A stretch of DNA of 64,000 bases from an uncultured Lachnospiraceae bacterium (GCA_902801515.1 CADCII010000020.1:2097-66096), one strand, 5' to 3'. Positions 9,876-18,285 are shown, counted from the first letter of the stretch. Numbers and translations are program-made. Notes: generated by a model not told the origin, from the sequence alone.

Positions 9876-10523
9876 ATGAAGATCCTTCTGATTCGTCATG
9901 GTGAAGTGGCCATGAAATGGGAGAAGCGATACACTGCAGAAGAATATAATGAAGCCTGCGAGCGCTATGACATGGCAGATATCAATTTCCTGCCGGATTT
10001 AAAACCGCAGGATACGGGAGACTACGAGCGCATTTACGTCAGTACATTGAAGAGATCTGCCCAGACCCGGCAGCAGATGTTTCCCAATGTTCCCGAAGAG
10101 ATGGTGATACAGACTCCGCTGCTCAATGAAGTTCCCATGAAAGCCTTCGACAGCTCAGCGAAGATCCGTCCCAGGTGGCTCTACGATCTTCGCGGCAGGG
10201 TGCAGTGGTGGATCGGAGGCGGCCAGACCGAATCCTGTGCACAGACAAGAGCGCGGGCAGACGCCCTGATCGATCTGCTTGAAGAGAAAAATGAAAACGC
10301 GATTCTTATCACCCACGGTTTCTTCATGGGCGTACTGATCTCGCGGTTCAAAAAGCGGAAACGGTATGAAGTCTACAGAGGCAGCACCTTTGTGATCCGG
10401 CCGCTTGAGAAGATTAAGATCATCGACAGGCAGCCTCACTGCGGAGGCTGCCATCACAACTGTCTGCTGAAAAATGCAGGCTGCATGATAGGACAGGATA
10501 AGGCGAGAAGGGAAGGAATATGA
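9876..10523 (+). CDS. Histidine phosphatase family protein with a Cys/His-rich C-terminal tail
   Basis: MKILLIRHGE carries the RHG motif, and ILITHGFFM supplies the second catalytic His. The tail reads HCGGCHHNCLLKNAGC. I chose the ATG at 9876 rather than the track start at 9771, which would overlap the LOG gene. Confidence 0.8.
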   Translation: MKILLIRHGEVAMKWEKRYTAEEYNEACERYDMADINFLPDLKPQDTGDYERIYVSTLKRSAQTRQQMFPNVPEEMVIQTPLLNEVPMKAFDSSAKIRPRWLYDLRGRVQWWIGGGQTESCAQTRARADALIDLLEEKNENAILITHGFFMGVLISRFKKRKRYEVYRGSTFVIRPLEKIKIIDRQPHCGGCHHNCLLKNAGCMIGQDKARREGI

Positions 10524-11167
10524 GAGAGATAGATTATGACAACTGGGAGAGACGGCAGGCATATGAATTTTTTTCCGCCATGTCCCATCCTTTCTATGCG
10601 GTAAGTTTCCGGCAGGATGTGACCGGACTGTACAACTGCGCGAAACAGCAGGGGATCTCATTTTACGAGAGTATGATCTGGGCGTGTACACAGGCCGTCA
10701 ACAGCGTCAGTGCTTTCCGCGTTGCCATGCGCGGCGGCAGACCTGTTGAACTCGACATGCGCCATCCCAGTTTCACTGACCTGCGCCCGGGGGAGGAGCA
10801 GTTCAATATTGTCACCATGAAACATAACACAGACCTTTCAGCCTTCTGCGAAGAAGCCTCGCAGCTGCGCAGGGCACAGGATACTTTCATGGATGAGAGC
10901 AAGGAGACGGACGATCTGATCTACTATTCCTGCCTTCCATGGATCGATCTTACCGCGGCGACCAACGAGCGGGATCTATCCGCGCCGCAGGCGCTGGACG
11001 ACAGCATTCCCCGCATCATATGGGGGAAATATACGGAAGAGAACGGCCGCAAAATACTGGGAATCTCCATGGAAGTCAATCACCGTTTTATCGACGGATA
11101 TCATATCGGACAGTTCGCGCAGAACCTGGAACAGTGTATTAACAGTCTGGGAGGGAGCAGAGAATGA
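10520..11167 (+). CDS. Chloramphenicol acetyltransferase (CAT)-fold acyltransferase
   Basis: The N-terminus DYDNWERRQAYEFF and the motif VNHRFIDGYHIGQF align with the CAT motif VHHAVCDGFH, and the catalytic His is conserved. The gene overlaps its upstream neighbour through an ATGA. Confidence 0.75.
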   Translation: MREIDYDNWERRQAYEFFSAMSHPFYAVSFRQDVTGLYNCAKQQGISFYESMIWACTQAVNSVSAFRVAMRGGRPVELDMRHPSFTDLRPGEEQFNIVTMKHNTDLSAFCEEASQLRRAQDTFMDESKETDDLIYYSCLPWIDLTAATNERDLSAPQALDDSIPRIIWGKYTEENGRKILGISMEVNHRFIDGYHIGQFAQNLEQCINSLGGSRE

Positions 11168-11994
11168 CCAGAATAATTGAGGCAGACCCGACAGTCTGGA
11201 ACAATTTTCATATACATACTTACCGGTGCAGGCATGCTGAGGGAGATATAGCAGACTATGTAAAGAAGGCTGCAGAACTGGGCATGAACAAGATCGGTTT
11301 CTCAGAACACGCTTTCATTGCAGGCATGGAGAATCCTCTGTGCATGCCGGAGGAAGACATTCCGGGATATGTTGAAGCATGCCGCGCAGCGGACGGGGAA
11401 CAGGGGGTCAGTGTCCTGTGCGGGATGGAATGTGATTATGACCCGTCAGATGAATCATTTTTCCGGGAGTTTTACCTCGGGAAATTCGGAATGGATTATC
11501 TTGTGGGATCGGTACATGTACTTAAAGGCAGGCATGATACCATGAACGTATTTGCCAATTCCCACTTCGGTGTAAAAGAACTGCGCATATACACGGATCT
11601 CTATGTCAGGATGATAGAGAGCAGACTTTTTACATTCTGCGCACATCCGGACCTGTTTGGCAGACCCATCGAAGTCGGTGAAGGTTCAAATGGATGGGAT
11701 GAGAACGCGGAGGCTGCAGCGAAGGAGATACTTGACGCGGCTGAGGAAAACAACACTGTTCTTGAGATCAATACCAGCGGGATATGGAAGACCCGGGAGA
11801 GAGGGCATAAAACCATTATCTATCCGCGCTGGCAGTTCTGGGAGATGGCGTCAGACAGAAACATCAGAGTGATCGCCAATACAGACTCGCATAGCGTTGA
11901 GAGACTTGATTCGGGTATCGATTACGGAATGGAGCTGATCCGCCGCTATAACCTGCAAAGAGTCGAACTGGAAAAAGACCAGGCAAGAGACTAA
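11164..11994 (+). CDS. PHP-domain phosphoesterase, HisJ (histidinol-phosphatase)-like
   Basis: FHIHTYRCRHA is the H-x-H motif at the start of the PHP fold, with GFSEHA and NTDSH further along. The start overlaps the CAT-like gene through an ATGA. Confidence 0.8.
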   Translation: MTRIIEADPTVWNNFHIHTYRCRHAEGDIADYVKKAAELGMNKIGFSEHAFIAGMENPLCMPEEDIPGYVEACRAADGEQGVSVLCGMECDYDPSDESFFREFYLGKFGMDYLVGSVHVLKGRHDTMNVFANSHFGVKELRIYTDLYVRMIESRLFTFCAHPDLFGRPIEVGEGSNGWDENAEAAAKEILDAAEENNTVLEINTSGIWKTRERGHKTIIYPRWQFWEMASDRNIRVIANTDSHSVERLDSGIDYGMELIRRYNLQRVELEKDQARD

Positions 11995-13487
11995 GTAAGC
12001 TTTATTGCGAGGATTTTTTCAAACAGCGGCTTATCCGCGCAGACAAGAAGACACAGATTTTCACGGGTCCTGGACAGGCCTTCATAGAGAAGGCGCAGGG
12101 CCTCTTCTTCATTTTCCCGGCACCTCAGATGCTGTTCTTCGTCGTAATAGAAATTCTCATCAAGGACCATGAGAACCCTGTCATATTCACGGGCAATGAC
12201 GTCCTCTTCATTTTCATCCCCGCCCGTCATACTCACGTAGACATAGCCCTTCTCTTTATAATACTCTTCCAGAAGCTTTCTCTCCGCCTCATCGTTTGCG
12301 AACACAACATCGATACAGCTGTAGTCAGTCCGGCCCGGACGGTCATTTGGCCGCAGCAGTGTCCTGAGGAAAGAATACACCGGACGGTTGATCCTGATGT
12401 TTCCGCTGAAGGACAGGTGGAGCGTGCTCACCTTCGCAAAGATGCCTGACGCACAGGATTGTGCATGGTCCTGCGTCAGGGCAGAAGTATCCAGCAGCTC
12501 ATGGGTGTCATACGTCAGGATGACAGGGATATTTCTTTCTTTTGCTTTGAAATAAAGAGATTCCCACGCGTTCATTTCCAGGTGATCCGCTTCATCAAGC
12601 AGGAGATAGTCATATCCGGCAAGGTCTGCCTGCGGAATCTGGCTGTTTCCGATGATGTCAACATTTTTCAGCCTCTGGTCAATGGCGATGTGTCCGCGGC
12701 GAAGCGGTCCGGAATGCACGAACAGCACCCGCTGTTTTCTGGACAGTTCCAGACACAGATCCAGCAGGAGCAGCGTTTTTCCCGTACCTGCGATACCGGC
12801 GATGCTGATAACAGGGGAGTCTTTGCCGGCACAGCCTTCCTGCAGATAGGACAGGATCCGCCGCCTGAAATCAAACTGCTGGTTGGTGAGGAAATATCTG
12901 CCCTGAAGAAAATCTTCCGGCGACGCGATGGGAGAGATCAGATAGTCCGCAGCCTTGAAGAAGGAATCGATCCCATCCTCAAGATAATCAGCCAGCGCCT
13001 CTTTCATCAGAACATTTATCAGATCCGGAAGATCACATTTCTTAAGAAAGCCCTTCTCATTTAACATGTAGAACTGACCGGTCTCCATGACGTAGGTAAA
13101 GGAATAGATGGTCCCGGCGATATGAGACAGGTAATAACGGTTCAGTTCAAGCTGCTTCTTGATCCGCTCTTCCCCGGTCATCTCACTCTTCAACTCGATA
13201 TTGAGGATGCAGGATCCGTCATTCGCAATCTTCAGAAGGTCGAACTCCTTGCCGATATGCTCGATCACATAGGAGAAATAAAAGCCGTCCAGGAGGTTAA
13301 GCCAGTTTCCCTGACTGCTGTTTTGGGCAAGATACGCAGCAATCATATCTGTGAGCGACCACAGAGAAGCAGCCTCATGCTCACTGATACTCTTGGCATC
13401 CTCCCGGCAGGAAAGCGCCTGACAGAGCATGGACACAGTTCCGGCATCATGAGTTCTGGTTAAGAGGAGAAGATTCAAAGCTTTCAT
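11991..13487 (-). CDS. PD-(D/E)xK nuclease-like N-terminal domain fused to a DUF2075/SF1-like P-loop NTPase
   Basis: The N-terminal stretch FDLLKIANDGSCILNIELKS fits a D-x14-E-x-K nuclease motif. Walker A is IAGIAGTGKTLLLLDL and Walker B is YDYLLLDEADHL. The C-terminus, REYDRVLMVLDE...GLSRTRENLCLLV, resembles UvrD_C/DUF2075. Confidence 0.65.
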   Translation of the reverse strand: MKALNLLLLTRTHDAGTVSMLCQALSCREDAKSISEHEAASLWSLTDMIAAYLAQNSSQGNWLNLLDGFYFSYVIEHIGKEFDLLKIANDGSCILNIELKSEMTGEERIKKQLELNRYYLSHIAGTIYSFTYVMETGQFYMLNEKGFLKKCDLPDLINVLMKEALADYLEDGIDSFFKAADYLISPIASPEDFLQGRYFLTNQQFDFRRRILSYLQEGCAGKDSPVISIAGIAGTGKTLLLLDLCLELSRKQRVLFVHSGPLRRGHIAIDQRLKNVDIIGNSQIPQADLAGYDYLLLDEADHLEMNAWESLYFKAKERNIPVILTYDTHELLDTSALTQDHAQSCASGIFAKVSTLHLSFSGNIRINRPVYSFLRTLLRPNDRPGRTDYSCIDVVFANDEAERKLLEEYYKEKGYVYVSMTGGDENEEDVIAREYDRVLMVLDENFYYDEEQHLRCRENEEEALRLLYEGLSRTRENLCLLVCADKPLFEKILAIKLT

Positions 13488-13580
13488 ATCATTATTCTCC
13501 GGCTGGTTTTCTTTCCTTCACGAAGCATCATAAGTCTGCAGGAATGTTAGCAGAAATATCTGCGGGTATGTCTGCGGGAA

Positions 13581-14015
13581 TCAGGATTCGTGCTCCATAA
13601 AAGTCTTTACACGCGAAGACAACTGTTCCAGCTCCTCCTTCGACAATTCCGGCAAATGCTCCAGATCATCAATAAAACCCTTGGCACTGTCTGAAGCCTT
13701 CGCCTTGCCCAGGTCCAGGAAGAAACTGGCAATAACAGCCGTAAAGACAGCCATAGTCACGATTGAAAAGAGAGAAAGAATCAGCGTCAGGATCCTGCCG
13801 GCAGGCGTAACCGCGGCAATATCCCCAAAGCCGACAGTCGTAACCACGGCAAAACAGTACCACAGACTGTCGCCAAATGTGATGATACTGGGTTCCGCGA
13901 ACCGGAGCACTACAGCCATCACAATAAAAAACACGATGAACGAATAAAAAAACTTGTCAACACCGGCAATTTTGAACGACATAAACAAAAGCCGCCATAC
14001 CTTTTTCCGCTTCAT
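13581..14015 (-). CDS. Small two-TM potassium channel
   Basis: The selectivity filter TTVGFGD sits between two hydrophobic helices. The ATG at 14015 is preceded by AAGGGGGA. Confidence 0.85.
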   Translation of the reverse strand: MKRKKVWRLLFMSFKIAGVDKFFYSFIVFFIVMAVVLRFAEPSIITFGDSLWYCFAVVTTVGFGDIAAVTPAGRILTLILSLFSIVTMAVFTAVIASFFLDLGKAKASDSAKGFIDDLEHLPELSKEELEQLSSRVKTFMEHES

Positions 14016-14157
14016 CACACATCCCCCTTAAAGAACAAGTGCCGATATGTATATAATATCTCATAATCATCCACACATGAAGACACTGATTCATTGATAT
14101 GCTATGATGTATCAGATTCTGAAACAGGCAGCATTAAGCATAGAAAGAGATTAATAA

Positions 14158-14838
14158 ATGGAATTCAGCAAGACAGCAGCCGTAATCTTTGACATGGACG
14201 GGATCATATTTGACACAGAGCGTTTGTATATAGAGAGCTGGAAAGCCGTCGCCCAGGAGTATGACCTGAATAATGTTACAGATATGGCTTACAGGGTCAT
14301 AGGCGTCAATGACATAATGTCACGAAAAGTATTTACTGATTATTACCAGGGGACACGGGACTATGATCAGTGCAGGAAGAGAGTCTCTGAAGTATTTCAC
14401 AGCCGCTATGACGGAAAGATTCCGGTAAAGCCCGGAGTCCATGAGATACTCGCATTCCTGAGAGAGAGAAACATACCGGTCGCACTGGCGTCGTCAACGA
14501 GGATAGAAACCGTACAAAGAGAACTGAAAGAAGCCGGTCTGTATCAGGCATTCGATCATATCATCGGAGGCGATATGATAAAACAGAGCAAACCGGCCCC
14601 GGACATCTTCCTTGCGGCGGCAGAAAAACTCCAGGAAGCGCCGGAAAACTGCTACGTTCTCGAAGACTCTCACAATGGAATCCGGGCAGCCGCGGCAGCA
14701 GGTATGCACCCCATCATGGTGCCGGATCTCCTGGAGGTGACAGAAGAGATGCAGGAACTGGCAGAGACTGTCTGCCCCACCCTGTACGAAGCAATCGACT
14801 ACCTGGACAGGCGTATTATTACGGAGATTAACAGATGA
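14158..14838 (+). CDS. HAD-superfamily hydrolase (beta-phosphoglucomutase/phosphatase subfamily IA)
   Basis: AVIFDMDGIIFDTE is motif I (DxDG), LASST is motif II-like, and EDSHNGIRAAAAAGM is motif IV-like. Confidence 0.85.
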   Translation: MEFSKTAAVIFDMDGIIFDTERLYIESWKAVAQEYDLNNVTDMAYRVIGVNDIMSRKVFTDYYQGTRDYDQCRKRVSEVFHSRYDGKIPVKPGVHEILAFLRERNIPVALASSTRIETVQRELKEAGLYQAFDHIIGGDMIKQSKPAPDIFLAAAEKLQEAPENCYVLEDSHNGIRAAAAAGMHPIMVPDLLEVTEEMQELAETVCPTLYEAIDYLDRRIITEINR

Positions 14839-15146
14839 ACATTCAGATTTTCGGGACAAAGAAAAGCAGTGACACCCGCAAAGCGGAGCGGTTTTTCAAG
14901 GAGAGAAGGATCAGATTCCAGTCGGTCGATCTGAAGGAAAAAGGTCTGAGCAAAGGGGAGTTCCAGTCAGTCATGAAGGCTGTCGGCGGTATTGACGCCA
15001 TGATCGATCAGGATGCAAGGGATAAGGATCTTCTTGCGCTGATCAATCATATCTCCGCTGATGATAAAGCTGATAAAGTGTTTGAGAACCAGACGGTATT
15101 AAAGATACCCATTGTGAGAAATGGCAGAGTTGCGACTGTGGGTTAG
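14835..15146 (+). CDS. ArsC/Spx/MgsR-family (YffB-like) protein, apparently truncated by an in-frame TAG and lacking the usual N-terminal Cys
   Basis: MNIQIFGTKKSSDTRKAERFFKERRIRFQSVDL matches the family N-terminus, but SS occupies the position where a Cys is expected. The ORF ends ...IVRNGRVATVG-TAG. The same frame then continues as EPDIWKTWE-TGA (15147-15176). The start overlaps the HAD stop through an ATGA. Confidence 0.7.
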   Translation: MNIQIFGTKKSSDTRKAERFFKERRIRFQSVDLKEKGLSKGEFQSVMKAVGGIDAMIDQDARDKDLLALINHISADDKADKVFENQTVLKIPIVRNGRVATVG

Positions 15147-15213
15147 GAGCCGGATATTTGGAAGACATGGGAATGACTCTGCCGCAGCAGGGATTCCGGA
15201 ACAGGAGGATGAA

Positions 15214-15684
15214 ATGAGCAGGATCAAGGAAGTACAGAAATATGTGTTTCGTATTCTCAAGGGGGTAGAGGATAATTCAAAACGGTCCAAGGCGGCTGCG
15301 CATCTTTCAGGAGTGTCTCTGGCTGCGGTTATGATTGCGAAAAAGCGGGGCGAGAATTCTGAACTTGCCGCAATATGCGGCCTGCTGCATGATCTTTATG
15401 CCTATAAATCTGATTCATATGAGGACCATGCACATAAAGGCGCTGAATACGCCCGGAAGATTCTTGATGAACTTGACCTTACATCAAAGGAAGAGACGGA
15501 TGTCATCTGCTCTGCGATCTGGCACCACGACAGCAAGGCACAGACCGATTCTCCGATGGATGAGATTCTGAAGGATGCAGATGTGATCCACCACAGTCTC
15601 GCCGATCCGACAAAAGATGTGAAGGAGCATGAAAAAGAACGCTATGCCAGACTGTGTGAAGAGTTTGGAATGAGTGATTCCTGA
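15214..15684 (+). CDS. HD-domain phosphohydrolase
   Basis: GLLHDLYAY carries the HD dyad, and the conserved His/Asp stretch WHHDS...DADVIHH follows. An AGGAGG RBS precedes the ATG at 15214. The track start at 15121 would overlap the ArsC-family gene. Confidence 0.8.
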   Translation: MSRIKEVQKYVFRILKGVEDNSKRSKAAAHLSGVSLAAVMIAKKRGENSELAAICGLLHDLYAYKSDSYEDHAHKGAEYARKILDELDLTSKEETDVICSAIWHHDSKAQTDSPMDEILKDADVIHHSLADPTKDVKEHEKERYARLCEEFGMSDS

Positions 15685-15853
15685 TCTCATAATTCATCTG
15701 ACGGATATTCGCCTAAGACCCGGCAGTACCGAGATCCAGGAAAAAGTATTATATGTGAGATAAGAATATAAATGCCCGTGGCAGCTGATATGCTCCCTTC
15801 CAGGTAGACAAGCGAAATAATAAAAGCTTGGCTGCCGGAAGGGAGCATTTTCA

Positions 15854-16510
15854 TTGAGAAGGACTAAGCTTGATAATGAAACCAATTTATCAGGTAACTC
15901 CTCTAAAGAGGCAATCGCTAAAAGACTAGGAGTCAGCCGGTGGAGCATTGATCAATGGGTAGTAAATTTCCAGTCGATTGGCGAGAGCGCTTTTCTCGGC
16001 AATGGAAACCAGCACTATCCTAAAGAACTTAAAGAACAAGCAGTAAGGGATTATCTTTCTGGTAAGGGTTCGCATCTGGAGATTTGCAGAAGACATAAGA
16101 TCAAGTCAACCAGGCAACTCCGCAGCTGGATAAAGAAGTATAATGGTCATGAGGAACTGAAAGCTTCCGGAACAGGAGGAACAACCATCATGACCAAAGG
16201 CAGAAAAACATCCTTCGATGAGAGGGTGGAGATCGTCCAATACTGCATTACCCATGACCATAATTATGCAGAGACAGCGGTAAAGTATAAAGTATCCTAT
16301 CAACAGGCACGAAGCTATACTGTCAAATATGAAGCTGATGGTATCGAAGCTCTCAGGGACAGACGCGGCCGGACAAAGCCATTGGAGGAAATGTCAGAGC
16401 TGGAGAAACTCCGGGCTGAGAACAGGATTCTGCGCGCAGAAAAGGAACGAGCCGAAATGGAGGCATCTTTCCTAAAAAGACTCGACGAGATAGAGAGGAG
16501 GCGGGGCTGA
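15854..16510 (+). CDS. IS3-family transposase OrfA (HTH domains plus leucine zipper)
   Basis: The HTH-rich sequence includes AIAKRLGVSRWSIDQWV and AETAVKYKVSYQQARSYTVKY. A coiled-coil tail reads ELEKLRAENRILRAEKERAEMEASFLKRL. The start is a TTG with a GGGAG RBS 8 nt upstream. Confidence 0.8.
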   Translation: MRRTKLDNETNLSGNSSKEAIAKRLGVSRWSIDQWVVNFQSIGESAFLGNGNQHYPKELKEQAVRDYLSGKGSHLEICRRHKIKSTRQLRSWIKKYNGHEELKASGTGGTTIMTKGRKTSFDERVEIVQYCITHDHNYAETAVKYKVSYQQARSYTVKYEADGIEALRDRRGRTKPLEEMSELEKLRAENRILRAEKERAEMEASFLKRLDEIERRRG

Positions 16511-17424
16511 GCCTGGTCAGGCATGGATACATCTATCAGGCAATCAAGGAAGAACACGAAGCGTATGGTTATCCAATAGGAGTTCTTTGCAAGCTGGGAC
16601 AGGTAAGCCGTGCGGCATACTATAAATGGCTTCACAGAAGCATCCCGACTTGTGAGGCAGAAAACAAACGAATCGCTGAGGAGATTGAAAAGATCCATAT
16701 GGCCAGTCCTGATAAGGGTTATCGCAGAATACGGGATGATCTGGAACGTTATCATGGGATCAAAGCAAATGATAAGCGTGTGCTTCGTCTTTGCCGGAAG
16801 AAAGGAATCAAGTCCACGATCAAGTATTCTAATAACGGGTGTACGAGACAGGCCGCAAATCCCCAGTTTATTGCGGAGAATGTACTGAACAGGGATTTCA
16901 CGGCAGAAGCTCCAAATCAGAAATGGCTGACAGATGTCACAGAATTCAAGTACTACACCGGCATAGAGGTCCATAAGATTTATTTAAGTGCGATCCTCGA
17001 TTTGTTTGACAGAAGGATCGTATCATTTGTTATCAGAGACACTAACAATAATTCTCTTGTATTTGATACATTTGATGCAGCCATAGCAGAGAATCCGGGA
17101 GCAACACCTCTGTGCCATTCTGATCGAGGATTTCAATACACCAATCGGATCTTCCATGCCAAGCTTGAAGCAGCCGGAATGACACAGAGTATGTCCAGAA
17201 TCGCCAAATGCATTGATAATGGTCCGATGGAAGGATTCTGGGGCATCCTGAAACGTGAACGGTATTACGGCAATCGGTTTACTGACAGGGACTCCCTTGT
17301 AAAAATGATAGAGGGCTATATTAAGTATTACAACACCAAGCGGTTACAACGAAAACTGGGAGTTTTAACACCATTCGAGAAGCATGAGCAATATCTTGAT
17401 GGCAGAAAAGTTTTATTTTTTTAA
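16474..17424 (+). CDS. IS3-family transposase OrfB (DDE/rve integrase core), expressed as an OrfAB fusion by a -1 frameshift
   Basis: From 16474 the -1 frame reads KKTRRDREEAGLSLVRHGYIYQAIKEEHEAYGY...NQKWLTDVTEF...HSDRGFQYT...DNGPMEGFWGILKRE. The DDE triad context is visible in WLTDVTEF, HSDRGFQY and PMEGFWG. Confidence 0.8.
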   Translation, partial: KKTRRDREEAGLSLVRHGYIYQAIKEEHEAYGYPIGVLCKLGQVSRAAYYKWLHRSIPTCEAENKRIAEEIEKIHMASPDKGYRRIRDDLERYHGIKANDKRVLRLCRKKGIKSTIKYSNNGCTRQAANPQFIAENVLNRDFTAEAPNQKWLTDVTEFKYYTGIEVHKIYLSAILDLFDRRIVSFVIRDTNNNSLVFDTFDAAIAENPGATPLCHSDRGFQYTNRIFHAKLEAAGMTQSMSRIAKCIDNGPMEGFWGILKRERYYGNRFTDRDSLVKMIEGYIKYYNTKRLQRKLGVLTPFEKHEQYLDGRKVLFF

Positions 17425-17488
17425 GTTGTCTACTTGACGGGTAGCGGTTCAGATACCCCGGGTGTTTTTAATGCATATCTGATTTCAT

Positions 17489-18127
17489 TTACAGGGAAAT
17501 GAGACGCCCGCATTTCCACAGGATTACTGCCAGCATCCACGCGGCGGAGGCGAAGATGGCGATAATAAGAGGCGCCCATGACAGCCCCAGGAACAGAAGA
17601 CCGTACCAGTCATTCGTGTTCGGACCGCTTCCCGGACCGTTGATCAGTATATTGCCTAGATAGAAGGCTGCGTAGATTAGCACCGGGATCACCGCCAGGA
17701 AGGTGTGGCCAAATGATAATGAATGCGAGCCTTCCAGGATACAGAAGATCAGGATCGCCAGCACAGGCACGGTCAGGTGAAGGTGAAGATTGACACCTGC
17801 CAGCATCGCTTTGTAGCCAAAACGGGGCCCCAGATATACGATAACAGTCAGCAGTGTCACAGAGACGGATACCGTTCCCGCAAGTTTCAGAGAGGAAGCC
17901 CACACCGGCATCGTCCCCTTGCGGAAGACCTGGAAATAAACTGCAATCAGCGAAGCCGCCGCAGCCAGGAGATTAGAGTCCAGCGTAAAGTATTTCAGGC
18001 TGCGCAGGCGGACATCCGTGAGCATAGCGCCCGTGTCATTTCCGGAAGCCATGGTAAGCCAGGAATAGAGAACGAGCACAGTCAGGATCAGGTTTAAAAC
18101 AACAGCAGTTTTTATTTTCATAAACAA
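17489..18127 (-). CDS. Integral membrane protein (6 TM; Pr6Pr / FAR-17a-AIG1-like)
   Basis: The 212-aa protein has six hydrophobic segments, and its overall pattern resembles Pr6Pr-family proteins. The family assignment comes from memory only. Confidence 0.5.
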   Translation of the reverse strand: MFMKIKTAVVLNLILTVLVLYSWLTMASGNDTGAMLTDVRLRSLKYFTLDSNLLAAAASLIAVYFQVFRKGTMPVWASSLKLAGTVSVSVTLLTVIVYLGPRFGYKAMLAGVNLHLHLTVPVLAILIFCILEGSHSLSFGHTFLAVIPVLIYAAFYLGNILINGPGSGPNTNDWYGLLFLGLSWAPLIIAIFASAAWMLAVILWKCGRLISL

Positions 18128-18285
18128 ACATCATTATGGGTAAAATAAACTTCAGGATACCTGAAAATTATAACACAGGCTGATTCTTTCTGTATCGTAC
18201 TATGTTATACTTTTAGCGTTGCATTAAGCGGCGCCCGGATGGCGGATAAATGTGTTATATGCGGGATTTGCAGGAGGTTTTACGC

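Larger units (their letters stand above)
15786..17451 (+). mobile_element. IS3-family insertion sequence (IS150-like), apparently intact
   Basis: The terminal imperfect inverted repeats are TGATATGCTCCCTTCCAGGTAGACAAGC (left) and TGAACCGCTACCCGTCAAGTAGACAACT (reverse complement of the right end); they match at 19 of 28 positions and have TG...CA termini. The element carries two ORFs in a 0/-1 frame arrangement with an A5G slippery run at 16474-16479. Confidence 0.8.

Noticed and set aside
10520-11167. Annotating the CAT-fold gene as an acquired chloramphenicol-resistance determinant.
   Set aside because: The gene is translationally coupled inside a six-gene chromosomal operon with no mobile context. 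The CAT fold is shared by non-resistance acyltransferases, so substrate specificity cannot be read from the sequence.
15685-17488. The idea that the IS3 element inserted into, and split, the terminator of the HD-domain gene. I also searched for a 3-4-bp target-site duplication.
   Set aside because: Joining the flanks gives only a weak 4-7-bp stem before TGTTTTT, and no matching direct repeat flanks the proposed ends. The evidence is too weak to claim.
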